Source: a virus. From it: 40,090 nucleotides of DNA. A program made the position numbers and the translations under genes. The stretch's first letter is position 1, and every line of letters begins with the position of its first letter. The stretch lies in IMG/VR virus record IMGVR_UViG_3300048890_000052, positions 1 to 40,090 of that record; one strand, 5' to 3'. The notes under the pieces are model-generated. The model was given only the letters and a program-made list of their open reading frames with translations, made no database searches and was not told the origin of the DNA. This document shows, in pieces, positions 6,641 to 15,747 of the stretch.

Positions 6641-9157
6641 TAGGCACTCCCGGATCGCGGCGAGCGCTGCGGCGTCTTCGTCGAGCTCAGCCAGCACGTC
6701 GGCCAGGCCGCGTTCGTCGCCATCCTCGAAGCGGAAGGTCATCTGCTCGGGCAGCGCTTTAATTTTTGGTGCCGCTGCCGAGGCATCGGAAATTAAACGG
6801 CGCGCGTCATGGTCGAGGCTGTCGGCCTGCAGCTTGGCGCCATCGCCATGCGGATCCGCGAACGGCTCGAGCGCGCGAGGATCATCGCCGGCCGACAGCG
6901 GCGATGCGTCGCGAGCGATAGCATTGCCCTCAGCACCGCTCGCCGCTATTCCCGGCTTCGCCACGGCGCCGGGGGAGCCGTCCCGCGCACCAGCTGCAGC
7001 ACGTCGGTCCTCCGCTGCAGCCGTGGCCTGCCTACCCCGTCGGGCATTTACGAATGCCGCGCCTTCCGGCGTCAGATCCCCGGATCCACTCAATCGGTCG
7101 ACAGGGTAGCCGGCGCGATCGAGCGCATCATAAAGCTTCGAACCAATCCCCTGGCGCCGAAACTCTGGACGCACATAGCTCGAGACTTCGTTCGTGATGG
7201 CGAGCGCCTCAGGGCTGATCGGCATCTGCACCGCCGCCTGCGCTCGGCCGCTGCCGTCTCGGAAAACAGCCGTGGCGAAGTGTCCTTCATCGTCCATGAC
7301 CGAAATGCCCGGTCGCCCCTTTTCCGGCTGAAAGCCAAGGATCGACGATGGGCCGAGAGTGTCATCACCGGCCGCACTTTGCGGCACGGTTGCCTCGACC
7401 GGTTCTGCCTGTCGTGCGGCAATGCCCTCAAGGGCAGCCACTGGCGGCACGCCCATCGCATCGGCATCGGCGGCGTGCTGCGCGATACGCCAGTTGCCAT
7501 CATCAGGAAACAGGTCGCGGCGCAGCTCGGGCGCTTCGAAGATCTCCCGCTCCGGCAGATCCACCGGCACGCGCTGTGCGTCCAGCGCGGGATCCCGCGC
7601 GACCGGCGCACCATCGGGCGCGGCGTCTAACGCCCGCGCCACATCCTCGCCATTGCGACCAAGCGCCGACAGGCCGCGGCTGAGGTCGCCACTGGTCTCT
7701 GCTCCCGCCCCCGGCCGCATGAACTTGCGGATATAGGCATCGAGCACCGCGGCCTCATCGCCCTGCGCGAGGACGGCGCGACCGCCATGGTCGCCGCCCT
7801 GCAACTCCCAATGGAGGAACTCGAGCTGCTCCGCGCGCGTAGGGCGCGGACCATAGCGGCGGATCAGTTCGCCCTTGCGCGGACCCAGCCACTGGCCGAG
7901 CCCAATCGCGCCGCTATCGGGGTTCAGGGCCGTGTGGCTACTCGCCGCCTCGGCCGCCACGCCCGCCGCGATCCCCCGCGCCTGCGCCTCGCTGTAGCCC
8001 TTGGCCTTGAAGAAATCGACGATGTCAGGCGCCAGCGACGGCGAGCCGCGCGCCGCCACCGCCGCGACCCGTCCGATCGGCGCGGACGCCACGTCGCCCG
8101 TATTGGTGCGCAGGATCGCTTCCATCGTCGATTGCAGGCGCGCGGCATGGGCATCGAGCCCGGCAGGCGTGGCAACGTAGGGACTGGCAGCGCGGACCTC
8201 GCCCTCGCGGGTGATGACATGGATCGCCGCCATTTCGTCGGGCGTGCGGATCTCGGTCGGGACCGCCTGCGAAAAGGCGGCGGCGATCTCATGGTCGCTG
8301 ACATCGTCGAGGCCGGTATGGCCGAGCGCCATGGCGATGCGCCGGTCGGCGGGCACCGCCACGTCGAAGGCCGCGCCGACTGCCTTGCCCGCGAACTTGG
8401 CCGCCTGCGGCACGACAACGTCGCCGAACACGCCGCCGGCGGCCGCCATGCCGACCTGGGCGACCGCTTCGCCCGCCGTCAGCTCCTCGCCCAGCTTCGC
8501 GCGCCCTTCAGCGACCAGCGGCAGCTGCAGCGCCTCGAGCGCGCCATTGACCAGCGCCGACCGCGCGACCTGGGCAAGGATCGTCTTGCCGCCGCCGCCC
8601 AGCGGCAGCGAGGCGATATTGACCGGATCGTGCATGGTTTCCCAGGTGCCGGCGGCAAAACCCGCCAACGTCTGGCCAGCGCCCGAGGAGCGGCCGAGCA
8701 CGTCGCGCGCACCAGCCCGCGCGGTCTTTTCCCGGTCGATGATCCCCTGCTGGAACACACCCGCATCGGCAGGCACGCCTTTGAGGAATGCCGGATCGCG
8801 CGCGCGGATCCCTGCCAGCTCCTTGAAGATCTCGCTCTGCTGTTCATCGCGCGTCACGCGCCGGTCGAGGATCGAGCCGAAATCGAACGGACCGCTCTCG
8901 GCCGACGGCCGCCGTGCCATTGACCCCTGCCAATAGCCGGGATTGACCATCGGCTTCAGGCCACGGCGCGCGCGATCGGCATTGACGGCGGACAGCACCG
9001 GCTCATAGGCGGTGCGCAGCCGATCGGCTTCGGCATCGGTGCGATCGCCGCGCGCCAGGACGCGATTGGCATCCCACACTTCGCCATAGGTCGCTGGCCG
9101 CTCCACAGGGCGCGGCGGCGGCGCTTCGGGGATCGGGGTGACGAACGCCCCGGTCAC
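6638..9157 (-). CDS. Internal virion protein (839 aa) with phage tail lysozyme-like domain and GNAT-like acetyltransferase motif
   Basis: FFKAKGYSEAQARGIAAGVAAEAASSHTALNPDSGAIGLGQW (aa ~380-500) resembles the phage tail lysozyme family. YVRPEFRRQGIGSKLYDALD (aa ~660-680) matches GNAT motif A (R-x-x-G-x-G/A). Confidence 0.75.
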   Translation of the reverse strand: MTGAFVTPIPEAPPPRPVERPATYGEVWDANRVLARGDRTDAEADRLRTAYEPVLSAVNADRARRGLKPMVNPGYWQGSMARRPSAESGPFDFGSILDRRVTRDEQQSEIFKELAGIRARDPAFLKGVPADAGVFQQGIIDREKTARAGARDVLGRSSGAGQTLAGFAAGTWETMHDPVNIASLPLGGGGKTILAQVARSALVNGALEALQLPLVAEGRAKLGEELTAGEAVAQVGMAAAGGVFGDVVVPQAAKFAGKAVGAAFDVAVPADRRIAMALGHTGLDDVSDHEIAAAFSQAVPTEIRTPDEMAAIHVITREGEVRAASPYVATPAGLDAHAARLQSTMEAILRTNTGDVASAPIGRVAAVAARGSPSLAPDIVDFFKAKGYSEAQARGIAAGVAAEAASSHTALNPDSGAIGLGQWLGPRKGELIRRYGPRPTRAEQLEFLHWELQGGDHGGRAVLAQGDEAAVLDAYIRKFMRPGAGAETSGDLSRGLSALGRNGEDVARALDAAPDGAPVARDPALDAQRVPVDLPEREIFEAPELRRDLFPDDGNWRIAQHAADADAMGVPPVAALEGIAARQAEPVEATVPQSAAGDDTLGPSSILGFQPEKGRPGISVMDDEGHFATAVFRDGSGRAQAAVQMPISPEALAITNEVSSYVRPEFRRQGIGSKLYDALDRAGYPVDRLSGSGDLTPEGAAFVNARRGRQATAAAEDRRAAAGARDGSPGAVAKPGIAASGAEGNAIARDASPLSAGDDPRALEPFADPHGDGAKLQADSLDHDARRLISDASAAAPKIKALPEQMTFRFEDGDERGLADVLAELDEDAAALAAIRECL

Positions 9158-11142
9158 AGCCCGAGATCCTTGGCGAGACGCTCGATATTCAGCGTCCAGG
9201 TGCGACCGCCCTTGACCGTGACTACCGTGTCATTGGGCCCATGGAATTCATAGAGCCCGTCGGGCCGCTGCACCGGCACATAGCGGCGCAACTGGTCGGG
9301 CGTCATCGCCTGCCCGTCATGCCAGACCGGGGCATTGGGCGTGTCGGGCCGGTACTGCAGGCGCGCGAGCGTGCGATTGAACCGATCATCGGTCATGGTC
9401 GGCGGCAGCAACACCGATTGGCGGTTCCAGCTACCGAGCCCGCCGAGCTTCTCGCCATTGGGCCCGCGCGTGCCGCCCAGCGCCTGGTGCACGAACTGGG
9501 CATAATCCTTGTCGTCATAGTCCTGCGCACCATGGCGCCCCGCCCAGTCGGCATAGAGATTGCGCGAGGCTTCAAACGCGGCGTTAAGATCGCTCTGCGA
9601 TAGCAGCGACGCGGCAACGCCGACGCGCGACAGGAAGGCATCGCGCGCCATCTTGCCCGCCGCCCCGTCGACCAGGTCGGGACGCGCCTTGCGGGCCTCG
9701 ATCCCGTTCGTGGCGGCCACCCGACTTTCCGGCGGCAACAGCGCCAGGCGGCCGAGCATCGGATCATTGGGCGCGATCTGGCGCGCCGCCTGCAGCACGC
9801 CATAGCCACCGATCGCAGAGATCTGGTTTGCCACGTCGAGCCGCCCCTTGGGCGAGGCCGTTGCCTGGGCGCGCAACGCGGAAGCCTCCGCCCCGGTGAA
9901 GAACGGCACCGGCCGTCCCGCCTCCGCCCCGACAGCGCGCTGCCAGCTTGAGCGCGCAGCGATCGCGGCGGGATCGCTGAGATTGAGCACAGGCGGCGGC
10001 ATGCCGTTCTTGGCCGCCCACTCACCAGGATTATTGTTGAACGTCGCAACCGCGCTGCCGCGCATGTCGCGCAGCGCCTTGAGGCGAATATCCTGCTCGG
10101 GCGAGCGGCTCTTGAGCCCCGCAAGCCGGTTGATCTCGCTATCGAACTGCTCGGGACGCCAGACATCGGCCTCGCGGATTACGCCGCCCTTGACGCGCAG
10201 CACGCCGATCTTGGTCGCCCCGCCCTGGTCGCCGATCGCCTGCAGCTGCGCCTGCAGTCCCGCGAGCTGGCCGTCGGGCACCTGGACCCCAGCCGAGATC
10301 CGCGTCTCGGCCGTCTGCACCTGGTCGCGCAGCGCGGCCGTCTGCAGCGCCTGCTGGTGCGCCGCCGCCGCATCGAGACGCCGCACCTCGACCGTCGCGC
10401 CACCGCGCGCCTGCTCGACCTGCTGCGGCGTCAGGATATCGTTGAACGCACCCGCATCGAGCAGCGCGATCGCCGCCTTGGGATTGGTGTCGTTGAGGCC
10501 GTTGAGATAACCGACCGTCACGGTCTCGTCGTGATGGCGGACCAGCTTCTCCTTGACGTCGGCGGGCACGCCCTGCAGCGCGTCGATCGACTGCCGGCCA
10601 AGGGTCAGCTCTTCGGCAAAGCTCTTGGGATCATGCGCCAGGCGCGCGCGATTGGCCGCCAGATCCGACGCGCTTTGCGTGTCCGTAACCAGCTTGCCGA
10701 CCCGCGCGCCAGCCTCATACTGATATTCGGATCCGGCGAAGCGCGCGCCGAACTCGACGATCTGCTGCTTGGCCGCGCGCAGGACATGGCTGTTCGTGAT
10801 GCCCTGGGTGAGCTGCTCGGCCTGCCCGGACCACCAATCGTCCATGGCCTTGGCATGGCCTGCCGCGCCGGGCTGGGCAGTGTTGCGGGCGTCGATCGAC
10901 GCCTTGTCCGCTGCCAGCCGGGCCTCGGCAAACTTCGCGCTGAAGTCGGCAAGCTGCTGGTCGGCTTCCTGCCGCTTCTCGATCTGGAAATTCTGGATCT
11001 GGCCGCGATGGATGGTATCGCCGAGCTGCCCCATCGCCTCGCCGACCCCGGCACCGTAGCTTTCCGCCGAGGCATAGGGCAGCGGCGTGGTGCGCGCCGG
11101 CCCAACCCGCTGCTGATAGATGCGCTCCTCGGCCGCCATCAC
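9154..11142 (-). CDS. Internal virion protein, 662 aa
   Basis: ATGA-coupled on both sides within the internal-protein block. Alpha-helical, A/Q/R-rich composition as in T7 gp15-like proteins. Confidence 0.65.
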   Translation of the reverse strand: MMAAEERIYQQRVGPARTTPLPYASAESYGAGVGEAMGQLGDTIHRGQIQNFQIEKRQEADQQLADFSAKFAEARLAADKASIDARNTAQPGAAGHAKAMDDWWSGQAEQLTQGITNSHVLRAAKQQIVEFGARFAGSEYQYEAGARVGKLVTDTQSASDLAANRARLAHDPKSFAEELTLGRQSIDALQGVPADVKEKLVRHHDETVTVGYLNGLNDTNPKAAIALLDAGAFNDILTPQQVEQARGGATVEVRRLDAAAAHQQALQTAALRDQVQTAETRISAGVQVPDGQLAGLQAQLQAIGDQGGATKIGVLRVKGGVIREADVWRPEQFDSEINRLAGLKSRSPEQDIRLKALRDMRGSAVATFNNNPGEWAAKNGMPPPVLNLSDPAAIAARSSWQRAVGAEAGRPVPFFTGAEASALRAQATASPKGRLDVANQISAIGGYGVLQAARQIAPNDPMLGRLALLPPESRVAATNGIEARKARPDLVDGAAGKMARDAFLSRVGVAASLLSQSDLNAAFEASRNLYADWAGRHGAQDYDDKDYAQFVHQALGGTRGPNGEKLGGLGSWNRQSVLLPPTMTDDRFNRTLARLQYRPDTPNAPVWHDGQAMTPDQLRRYVPVQRPDGLYEFHGPNDTVVTVKGGRTWTLNIERLAKDLGL

Positions 11143-11585
11143 CCGGCCGCCTTCTTTGCCGAGGCCCAGTCCGTCCCCTGGCCGACAATCGTATTGCCGA
11201 TATTGAAGCCCATCGACAGCAGCGCGCTATTGCCCTCGCGCCGGAACTGGTCGGCCTTCACATTATAGCCGCGCGCGCTACTCGCCGCCGCGCGCCGCGC
11301 GCTGAGCGCATCGATCGTGCTATTGATCTGGCTTTCCGCCAGCGCATCGAGGGCGCTGCCGGTGCCGAGCTGGAACCCGCTCGCCCCCTGCGCGCCGATC
11401 TGCTCGCCCATGGCCTGGCGCGCGCCATCGCGGATCCGCGCTTCCTCGGCGACGCCATTGTTGAGCTCAGCCACCGCATTCTGGTCGGCCGCCCGCGCAT
11501 TGGCCTTGGCCGCCGCGTTGGTGCCGAGACCCTTGACCAGCGAACCGCCGACCGCGAGGGCGATGGGTAGCGCCGCCTGGACCAT
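11139..11585 (-). CDS. Small internal virion protein (148 aa)
   Basis: Start MVQAALPIALAVGG at 11585 follows cassette B (GGGGG SD). Hydrophobic N-terminus. Occupies the gp14-like position. The longer 308-aa ORF in the track overlaps the upstream gene and is rejected. Confidence 0.55.
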   Translation of the reverse strand: MVQAALPIALAVGGSLVKGLGTNAAAKANARAADQNAVAELNNGVAEEARIRDGARQAMGEQIGAQGASGFQLGTGSALDALAESQINSTIDALSARRAAASSARGYNVKADQFRREGNSALLSMGFNIGNTIVGQGTDWASAKKAAG

Positions 11586-11649
11586 CAGCTGCGCCCCCAG
11601 CAAAAGTGGGAACCGGTTTTGCGGCTCGGGGGAGCGGCCACAAACATCA
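11583..11649 (-). promoter_or_regulatory. Conserved intergenic cassette, copy B
   Basis: Minus-strand TGATGTTTGTGGCCGCTCCCCCGAGCCGCAAAACCGGTTCCCACTTTTGCTGGGGGCGCAGCTGATGG. It spans from the upstream stop TGA to the downstream ATG, exactly as copy A does. Confidence 0.6.
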
Positions 11650-12174
11650 GCTGATCCTCTCGAACAGCATGTGCGTCTGGCTGGCGGCGCCATATTTGCG
11701 CAGCACCGACGCGGGCTTGAGGCCGATCGTCGTCGCCCAGCGCATCTCCGGCGTTGGCACCTCACACAGAACCGCGAGCAACTCACCCGCGTCGAGATCG
11801 GGGAAGCGATCGAGAACGATTTCGGCGTCGGCACATTCGACGATGGCATCGACGCGCGGCAGGTCGACCAGCGCCAGGCGCTCTCGGGCAAAACGCGTGA
11901 TCGCCAGATGATGCGCACCCACATCGTCCGAAAGTGTCGCCCACACACTCGCATGCGCATCGGGGAACACGTCGATAATGCCGAACAAGGCGACGATGCG
12001 CTCGCCCAAACCTTCACCCTCGAGCGCCGCCCACGCCTCACGGCCGCCCGCCAGCGCCGCAGCATCCTCCGCGCTCATGTCGGCGCGCAGGCCGAGTTGC
12101 ATGGCCTGGCTGGGCTGGCGCCGGATCTCGACACCGTGGCGCGCCTCCATCGGGACGAAGCGAAGCGCGCTCAT
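11647..12174 (-). CDS. Virion-module protein (175 aa), gp13 position; weak GNAT-like C-terminus
   Basis: ATGA overlap with tail tubular B. The C-terminus RWATTIGLKPASVLRKYGAASQTHMLFERI resembles the GNAT C-terminal GF-x-x-x-G-x-x-x-x-Y pattern. No clear motif A. Confidence 0.5.
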   Translation of the reverse strand: MSALRFVPMEARHGVEIRRQPSQAMQLGLRADMSAEDAAALAGGREAWAALEGEGLGERIVALFGIIDVFPDAHASVWATLSDDVGAHHLAITRFARERLALVDLPRVDAIVECADAEIVLDRFPDLDAGELLAVLCEVPTPEMRWATTIGLKPASVLRKYGAASQTHMLFERIS

Positions 12175-14402
12175 CCGTCGTCCCCGATCTCGAATTTCGG
12201 CATCAGCGCGGTGAGCGTCGCCGGCAGCGGCGTGTCCGAAATGAACTCGGCGCGACCATCGCGATCATAGCCACCACCGACCGCCTTACCCGTATCGCCG
12301 GTGAATAGCGGAATTGGGGCATCCATCGCATCGCTCGCACGGCGATCGATCAGATTGTCGAGCACGCCGCCAAAAGCCCCGATCCTGAGACCCGACGTCT
12401 CAAGCAGGCGCGCGGCCAGGCGCACCAGCCGATGGCGCAGGCCCTGGGTCGATTGCCCGTTCATGCTCAGCGGCGGCCGCAGCGTCACGCAGCGCGCGGT
12501 ATAAGGCAGGCCCACGGTCATGCGATAAGGGGCATTGGGCACCGAGGCGGCGGGCAGGTCGAACGCGCCCGCGCCATCGACCGCGACATTGGGGATATGC
12601 GCCCCGTTCGCCAGCACCGCGACCGTCTCACCGGCGAGATGGGTCAGGCCGGTGAAATGCGTCTGCCCGGCGCTCGCCATCACCGTCACGCCGAAATCGA
12701 CGAAAAACGCATCGGCGATCGGGTCGCCATCGTCGCGCCACTTGGCCATGCGCTGGATCGACTTGGCGCCGTTGCGCTCGATCAGCGCCCACAGCTCGTC
12801 GTTGACGCCATCCGCATCGGTGACGCACACCGCCGAGAGTATCTTGCCGCCGCCCGCGATCGTGCGCCGCGCAAAGCCCTTTACTTCCTGCTCGGGCGCA
12901 TGGGGATGCACCGCCAGCACGCCATCGGCGCGCACGCAGAACAGCAGCTCCTCCGGTTCCTTCTGGAACGCGAACTGGATCACGCCGGACTTTGTGATAT
13001 GCCGCGCCCAGACGGTCATATTATTGGCGACGTAGCGGTCGCGGGCGAAGTCATAGCCGACCTCGCGCAGCTTGCGCGCGCCGCGCTGGGCAAAGATCGT
13101 CGAGGTGGCAATCTGGACCGGGAACACCGGCGCGGACCCGTAGAAGCTCTGCGGCTCGGCCGAAATATTGGCGCCGGATAGCGCGGCTTGATTGTTGAGC
13201 GGCCCGACCGCCAGCTCGCGCGAGGCCGTGCCGACGATCAGCTTGCGGTCGCCCGCGATCCACAGCGGCGGATCCTCCGTCGCCAGCGTGCGCCGGAACG
13301 CCATGTCCGGCGCCAGCTGGCCCGAACTCGCCTTGGTCGCAAAATTGATCTGGCCGCCGCCATAGTCCCCCATGACGCTGCCATGCACATCGAAATCCTT
13401 GATCAGGATCGCGCGGCTGTTCCAGACGGCCACCAGGCTCGGCCAGCCCTTCGCCACCGAAAATGCGCCATGCGACCAGCGATAGGTCGCGACGCTGGTC
13501 ACGCTGTCGGGCAGGCGGCGCAGCACCGTGCCGGTCGCCGTCGTTCCGCCGACGGTCGCGATCTGGACGATCCCGAAATCGTCGGAGACATAGGTCCATT
13601 TGATCCCGTAGGGACCCTTGGTGTTCAGCTCATCCTGCTTGCCCGCGCCGTCCCAGGCGGCGCCTTCCGTGTGGATCGGCTGCACGCTGCCCGTCACACC
13701 GGCGGTCGCGGCCTCGTAAACCTTGCCATCGGATCGCACCTTCATGCCGATGGTGATGGCTTTCATCCCCGCTTCCCAGGCGGTCACGTCGGAGAAGTCG
13801 AGCGCGTCGATCCGGAAGAGGGATCCTACATGCCCGGCCAGGAAGATCGCCGAGGACGCCGTGACTGTCACCGCGCCGGTCACGCCGCTGCTGGTGACCG
13901 TGATCGCGCTGTCGGTATTCTGGTCGAGGAACGGCCCGTTCTTGAGGGTGACGGCGGCATGCGCGAATGTCACCGCCCCGGTCCGGGTCAGGCTGGCATA
14001 GGGGTAGCTGCCATGGGCAAGATAGAGCCGGTCATAGCTCTGCTGGAACGACAGGCGCGGCGCATCGGCCGCCGCATAGGGCGTGACGACTTCATAGGCG
14101 ACGCCGGGCGCGGTCTCGATCCGGCCGCCATTGGTGAAGAACCGGGCCTTGGCCGCGCCCCATTCGATCACATAGTCCTGCGTCAGGTTGAAGCGGAACT
14201 CGCCCAGCCAGGTCGAGCTGGCATCGGCCGCGCAGATGTATTCGAAGCCCGGCATCTTGACGATCGGCCCCTCGACCGTCGGGCAGAAATTCTCGCAGAC
14301 CTCGAGGCCGATCGCATAGACGGCGGTATCGGTCCGGCCCGCCATGCGCGGGGAAAGCTCGCCGCCGTTGAAACTGGTGATGAGGTGCCGGATCAGCCCC
14401 AT
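12171..14402 (-). CDS. Tail tubular protein B (T7 gp12-like nozzle), 743 aa
   Basis: The N-terminus MGLIRHLITSFNGGELSPRMAGRTDTAVY matches the conserved SFNxGELSP motif of podovirus tail tubular B. Start 14402 shares 1 nt with the upstream stop. Confidence 0.8.
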   Translation of the reverse strand: MGLIRHLITSFNGGELSPRMAGRTDTAVYAIGLEVCENFCPTVEGPIVKMPGFEYICAADASSTWLGEFRFNLTQDYVIEWGAAKARFFTNGGRIETAPGVAYEVVTPYAAADAPRLSFQQSYDRLYLAHGSYPYASLTRTGAVTFAHAAVTLKNGPFLDQNTDSAITVTSSGVTGAVTVTASSAIFLAGHVGSLFRIDALDFSDVTAWEAGMKAITIGMKVRSDGKVYEAATAGVTGSVQPIHTEGAAWDGAGKQDELNTKGPYGIKWTYVSDDFGIVQIATVGGTTATGTVLRRLPDSVTSVATYRWSHGAFSVAKGWPSLVAVWNSRAILIKDFDVHGSVMGDYGGGQINFATKASSGQLAPDMAFRRTLATEDPPLWIAGDRKLIVGTASRELAVGPLNNQAALSGANISAEPQSFYGSAPVFPVQIATSTIFAQRGARKLREVGYDFARDRYVANNMTVWARHITKSGVIQFAFQKEPEELLFCVRADGVLAVHPHAPEQEVKGFARRTIAGGGKILSAVCVTDADGVNDELWALIERNGAKSIQRMAKWRDDGDPIADAFFVDFGVTVMASAGQTHFTGLTHLAGETVAVLANGAHIPNVAVDGAGAFDLPAASVPNAPYRMTVGLPYTARCVTLRPPLSMNGQSTQGLRHRLVRLAARLLETSGLRIGAFGGVLDNLIDRRASDAMDAPIPLFTGDTGKAVGGGYDRDGRAEFISDTPLPATLTALMPKFEIGDDG

Positions 14403-14989
14403 CAGCGCACCGCCCCGTAGCCGAGATAGGCCTCTTCCCATCCCGTGAGATCAGGCTCGACCGGCGGGTTCTCGCGCGCGTCGGCGCGCACCGCCTGGCT
14501 CAGCGCGTCCTGGTAGAGCTTCCAGCCGGTCCCGACATCATAAGCGGAACCAGCGATGCGCTTGCCGATCTGGACCGCGATGCGGCGCGCGAAGGCGACG
14601 GCGAACAGGCTGTCCCACAGCGCGCTTTCGGGAACGTCGATCAGGTAGCGGACATAGACCGGGCCGGCGCTGTCGCAGAGGACCGAATGCCCCTCGAGCT
14701 GATAATCGTCCTGGGCGAGATTGAGCACCTCGACCAGGCGCAGGCTCTCGGCGGGCAGCGGAAAACTATAGGCCCAGGGGTATGGAACCTCACTCAGCGC
14801 CTCGGCGGCAAGCCCCTTGCGCCGCATCGCGAAATTCCATGTGTGATCGCGGATCGCGGCTTCGCGGCACAGATCCCACACCGCCTTGATCGTCCGCCCG
14901 ATATGCGTGTCATCGTCGGGCGACATCAACTGATCGTCCTCGCCGACCAGCGAGGCCGCCATATTGGCGATGGAGACATAATCGGCCAA
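14402..14989 (-). CDS. Tail tubular protein A / adaptor (T7 gp11-like), 195 aa
   Basis: TTG start preceded by GGAAGGA. The N-terminus ADYVSIANMAASLVGED follows the I-x-N-x-A-L-x-x-L-G pattern of podovirus gp11-like proteins. Lies directly upstream of tubular B. Confidence 0.7.
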   Translation of the reverse strand: MADYVSIANMAASLVGEDDQLMSPDDDTHIGRTIKAVWDLCREAAIRDHTWNFAMRRKGLAAEALSEVPYPWAYSFPLPAESLRLVEVLNLAQDDYQLEGHSVLCDSAGPVYVRYLIDVPESALWDSLFAVAFARRIAVQIGKRIAGSAYDVGTGWKLYQDALSQAVRADARENPPVEPDLTGWEEAYLGYGAVR

Positions 14990-15007
14990 GCGCCGGATCC
15001 TTCCGGC

Positions 15008-15211
15008 TTAGTTCAGTGGCCAGTTGCTACGCTGGATGTGCTCGATCAGATCCTCGAGCATCACGACCGCCTCGCCCTTGGAGAGGTTAGTCGCGTCGAT
15101 GTTGAGGCTCAGCGTATCGCTCTGCGCTTCGGCCGATCCCGCAGCCAGCACCACCGATGCCGGATTGTTGGACTTGCCGCGCTGGATTGTGAGCTTGCCT
15201 GTCCAGGCCAT
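15008..15211 (-). CDS. Small virion-module protein (67 aa)
   Basis: ORF between the capsid block and tail tubular A. Consistent strand and GC3. No motif recognised. Confidence 0.5.
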   Translation of the reverse strand: MAWTGKLTIQRGKSNNPASVVLAAGSAEAQSDTLSLNIDATNLSKGEAVVMLEDLIEHIQRSNWPLN

Positions 15212-15249
15212 GAACTGCCTCCCGCCCGCCGATCAGGGATTGAAAGCCT

Positions 15250-15303
15250 GGGCGGCGATCGACGGGCGCCGCCCCGGCACGTCACGATCAGTTGTTCGTG
15301 ACG
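15250..15303 (-). terminator. Tandem GC hairpins after the capsid block (possible attenuator or partial terminator)
   Basis: Perfect 8-bp stems CGTCACGA/TCGTGACG (15280-15303, spanning the stop codon) and GGGCGGCG/CGCCGCCC (15250-15274). On the minus strand they are followed by AGGCUUUCAAUC, a weak U tract. Confidence 0.3.
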
Positions 15304-15731
15304 TATTTGATGATGAAGCTGATGACCTCGGTGCCGGCGAGCGCCGCCGCCGCAAAGGTGCAGAGCAGCGTCTCCTTGGCAGTGACCGGGCCCGCGGCGA
15401 GGATGCTCGGTTTCGGACCGATCCCCGATGGCGCATTCAGCGGTGTGGTGAAGGTCCGCGCGGCCACATATTTGCCGGTGTTCCCCGCGATGCCGATCGC
15501 GATCGTGGTCGAGCCGAGCGTGGTGTCGGTGACGATCGCAATACTCGTGATCATCGCATTGGCGGGCAGTTCGCCGAGGACGAGATCGTCGCCGATCTGG
15601 GCAGCCACCGCCGTCATCGTGCAGATGATGGCGCGTTCCTTCGCATTGACCTGGCGGCCATCGGCGCGCAGCGGCGGAATGACGGTGCCGTCGAGAACGC
15701 CGACCTGCTGGGTTACATAACGTCGTGTCAT
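15288..15731 (-). CDS. Capsid-associated protein (147 aa), possible decoration protein
   Basis: Lies immediately downstream of the major capsid gene with its own RBS (GAGAGGA). Function is inferred from position only. Confidence 0.5.
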   Translation of the reverse strand: MTRRYVTQQVGVLDGTVIPPLRADGRQVNAKERAIICTMTAVAAQIGDDLVLGELPANAMITSIAIVTDTTLGSTTIAIGIAGNTGKYVAARTFTTPLNAPSGIGPKPSILAAGPVTAKETLLCTFAAAALAGTEVISFIIKYVTNN

Positions 15732-15747
15732 GGGTCAGTCCTCTCGA

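Noticed and set aside
6638-6646. TATGAT at the stop codon of the 839-aa gene as a -10 promoter element for cassette A
   Set aside because: No acceptable -35 lies 16-18 nt upstream, and the equivalent position in copy B reads GCTGAT. The promoter interpretation is therefore weaker than the RNA-structure interpretation.
4690-6762. Long antisense or out-of-frame ORFs opposite real genes (for example 4690-6762 plus, 18507-20624 plus, 20809-22425 plus, 36017-37789 minus, 24143-25864 plus)
   Set aside because: They lie opposite genes with clear domain signatures (internal virion protein, portal, terminase, integrase, helicase). They are Arg/Ala/Gly/Pro-dominated, as expected for non-coding frames in GC-rich DNA.
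11139-12065. 308-aa version of the ORF ending at 11139
   Set aside because: Its upstream two thirds overlaps the 175-aa gene out of frame and is Arg/Cys/Ser-rich. The internal start at 11585 directly follows cassette B with a G5 SD.
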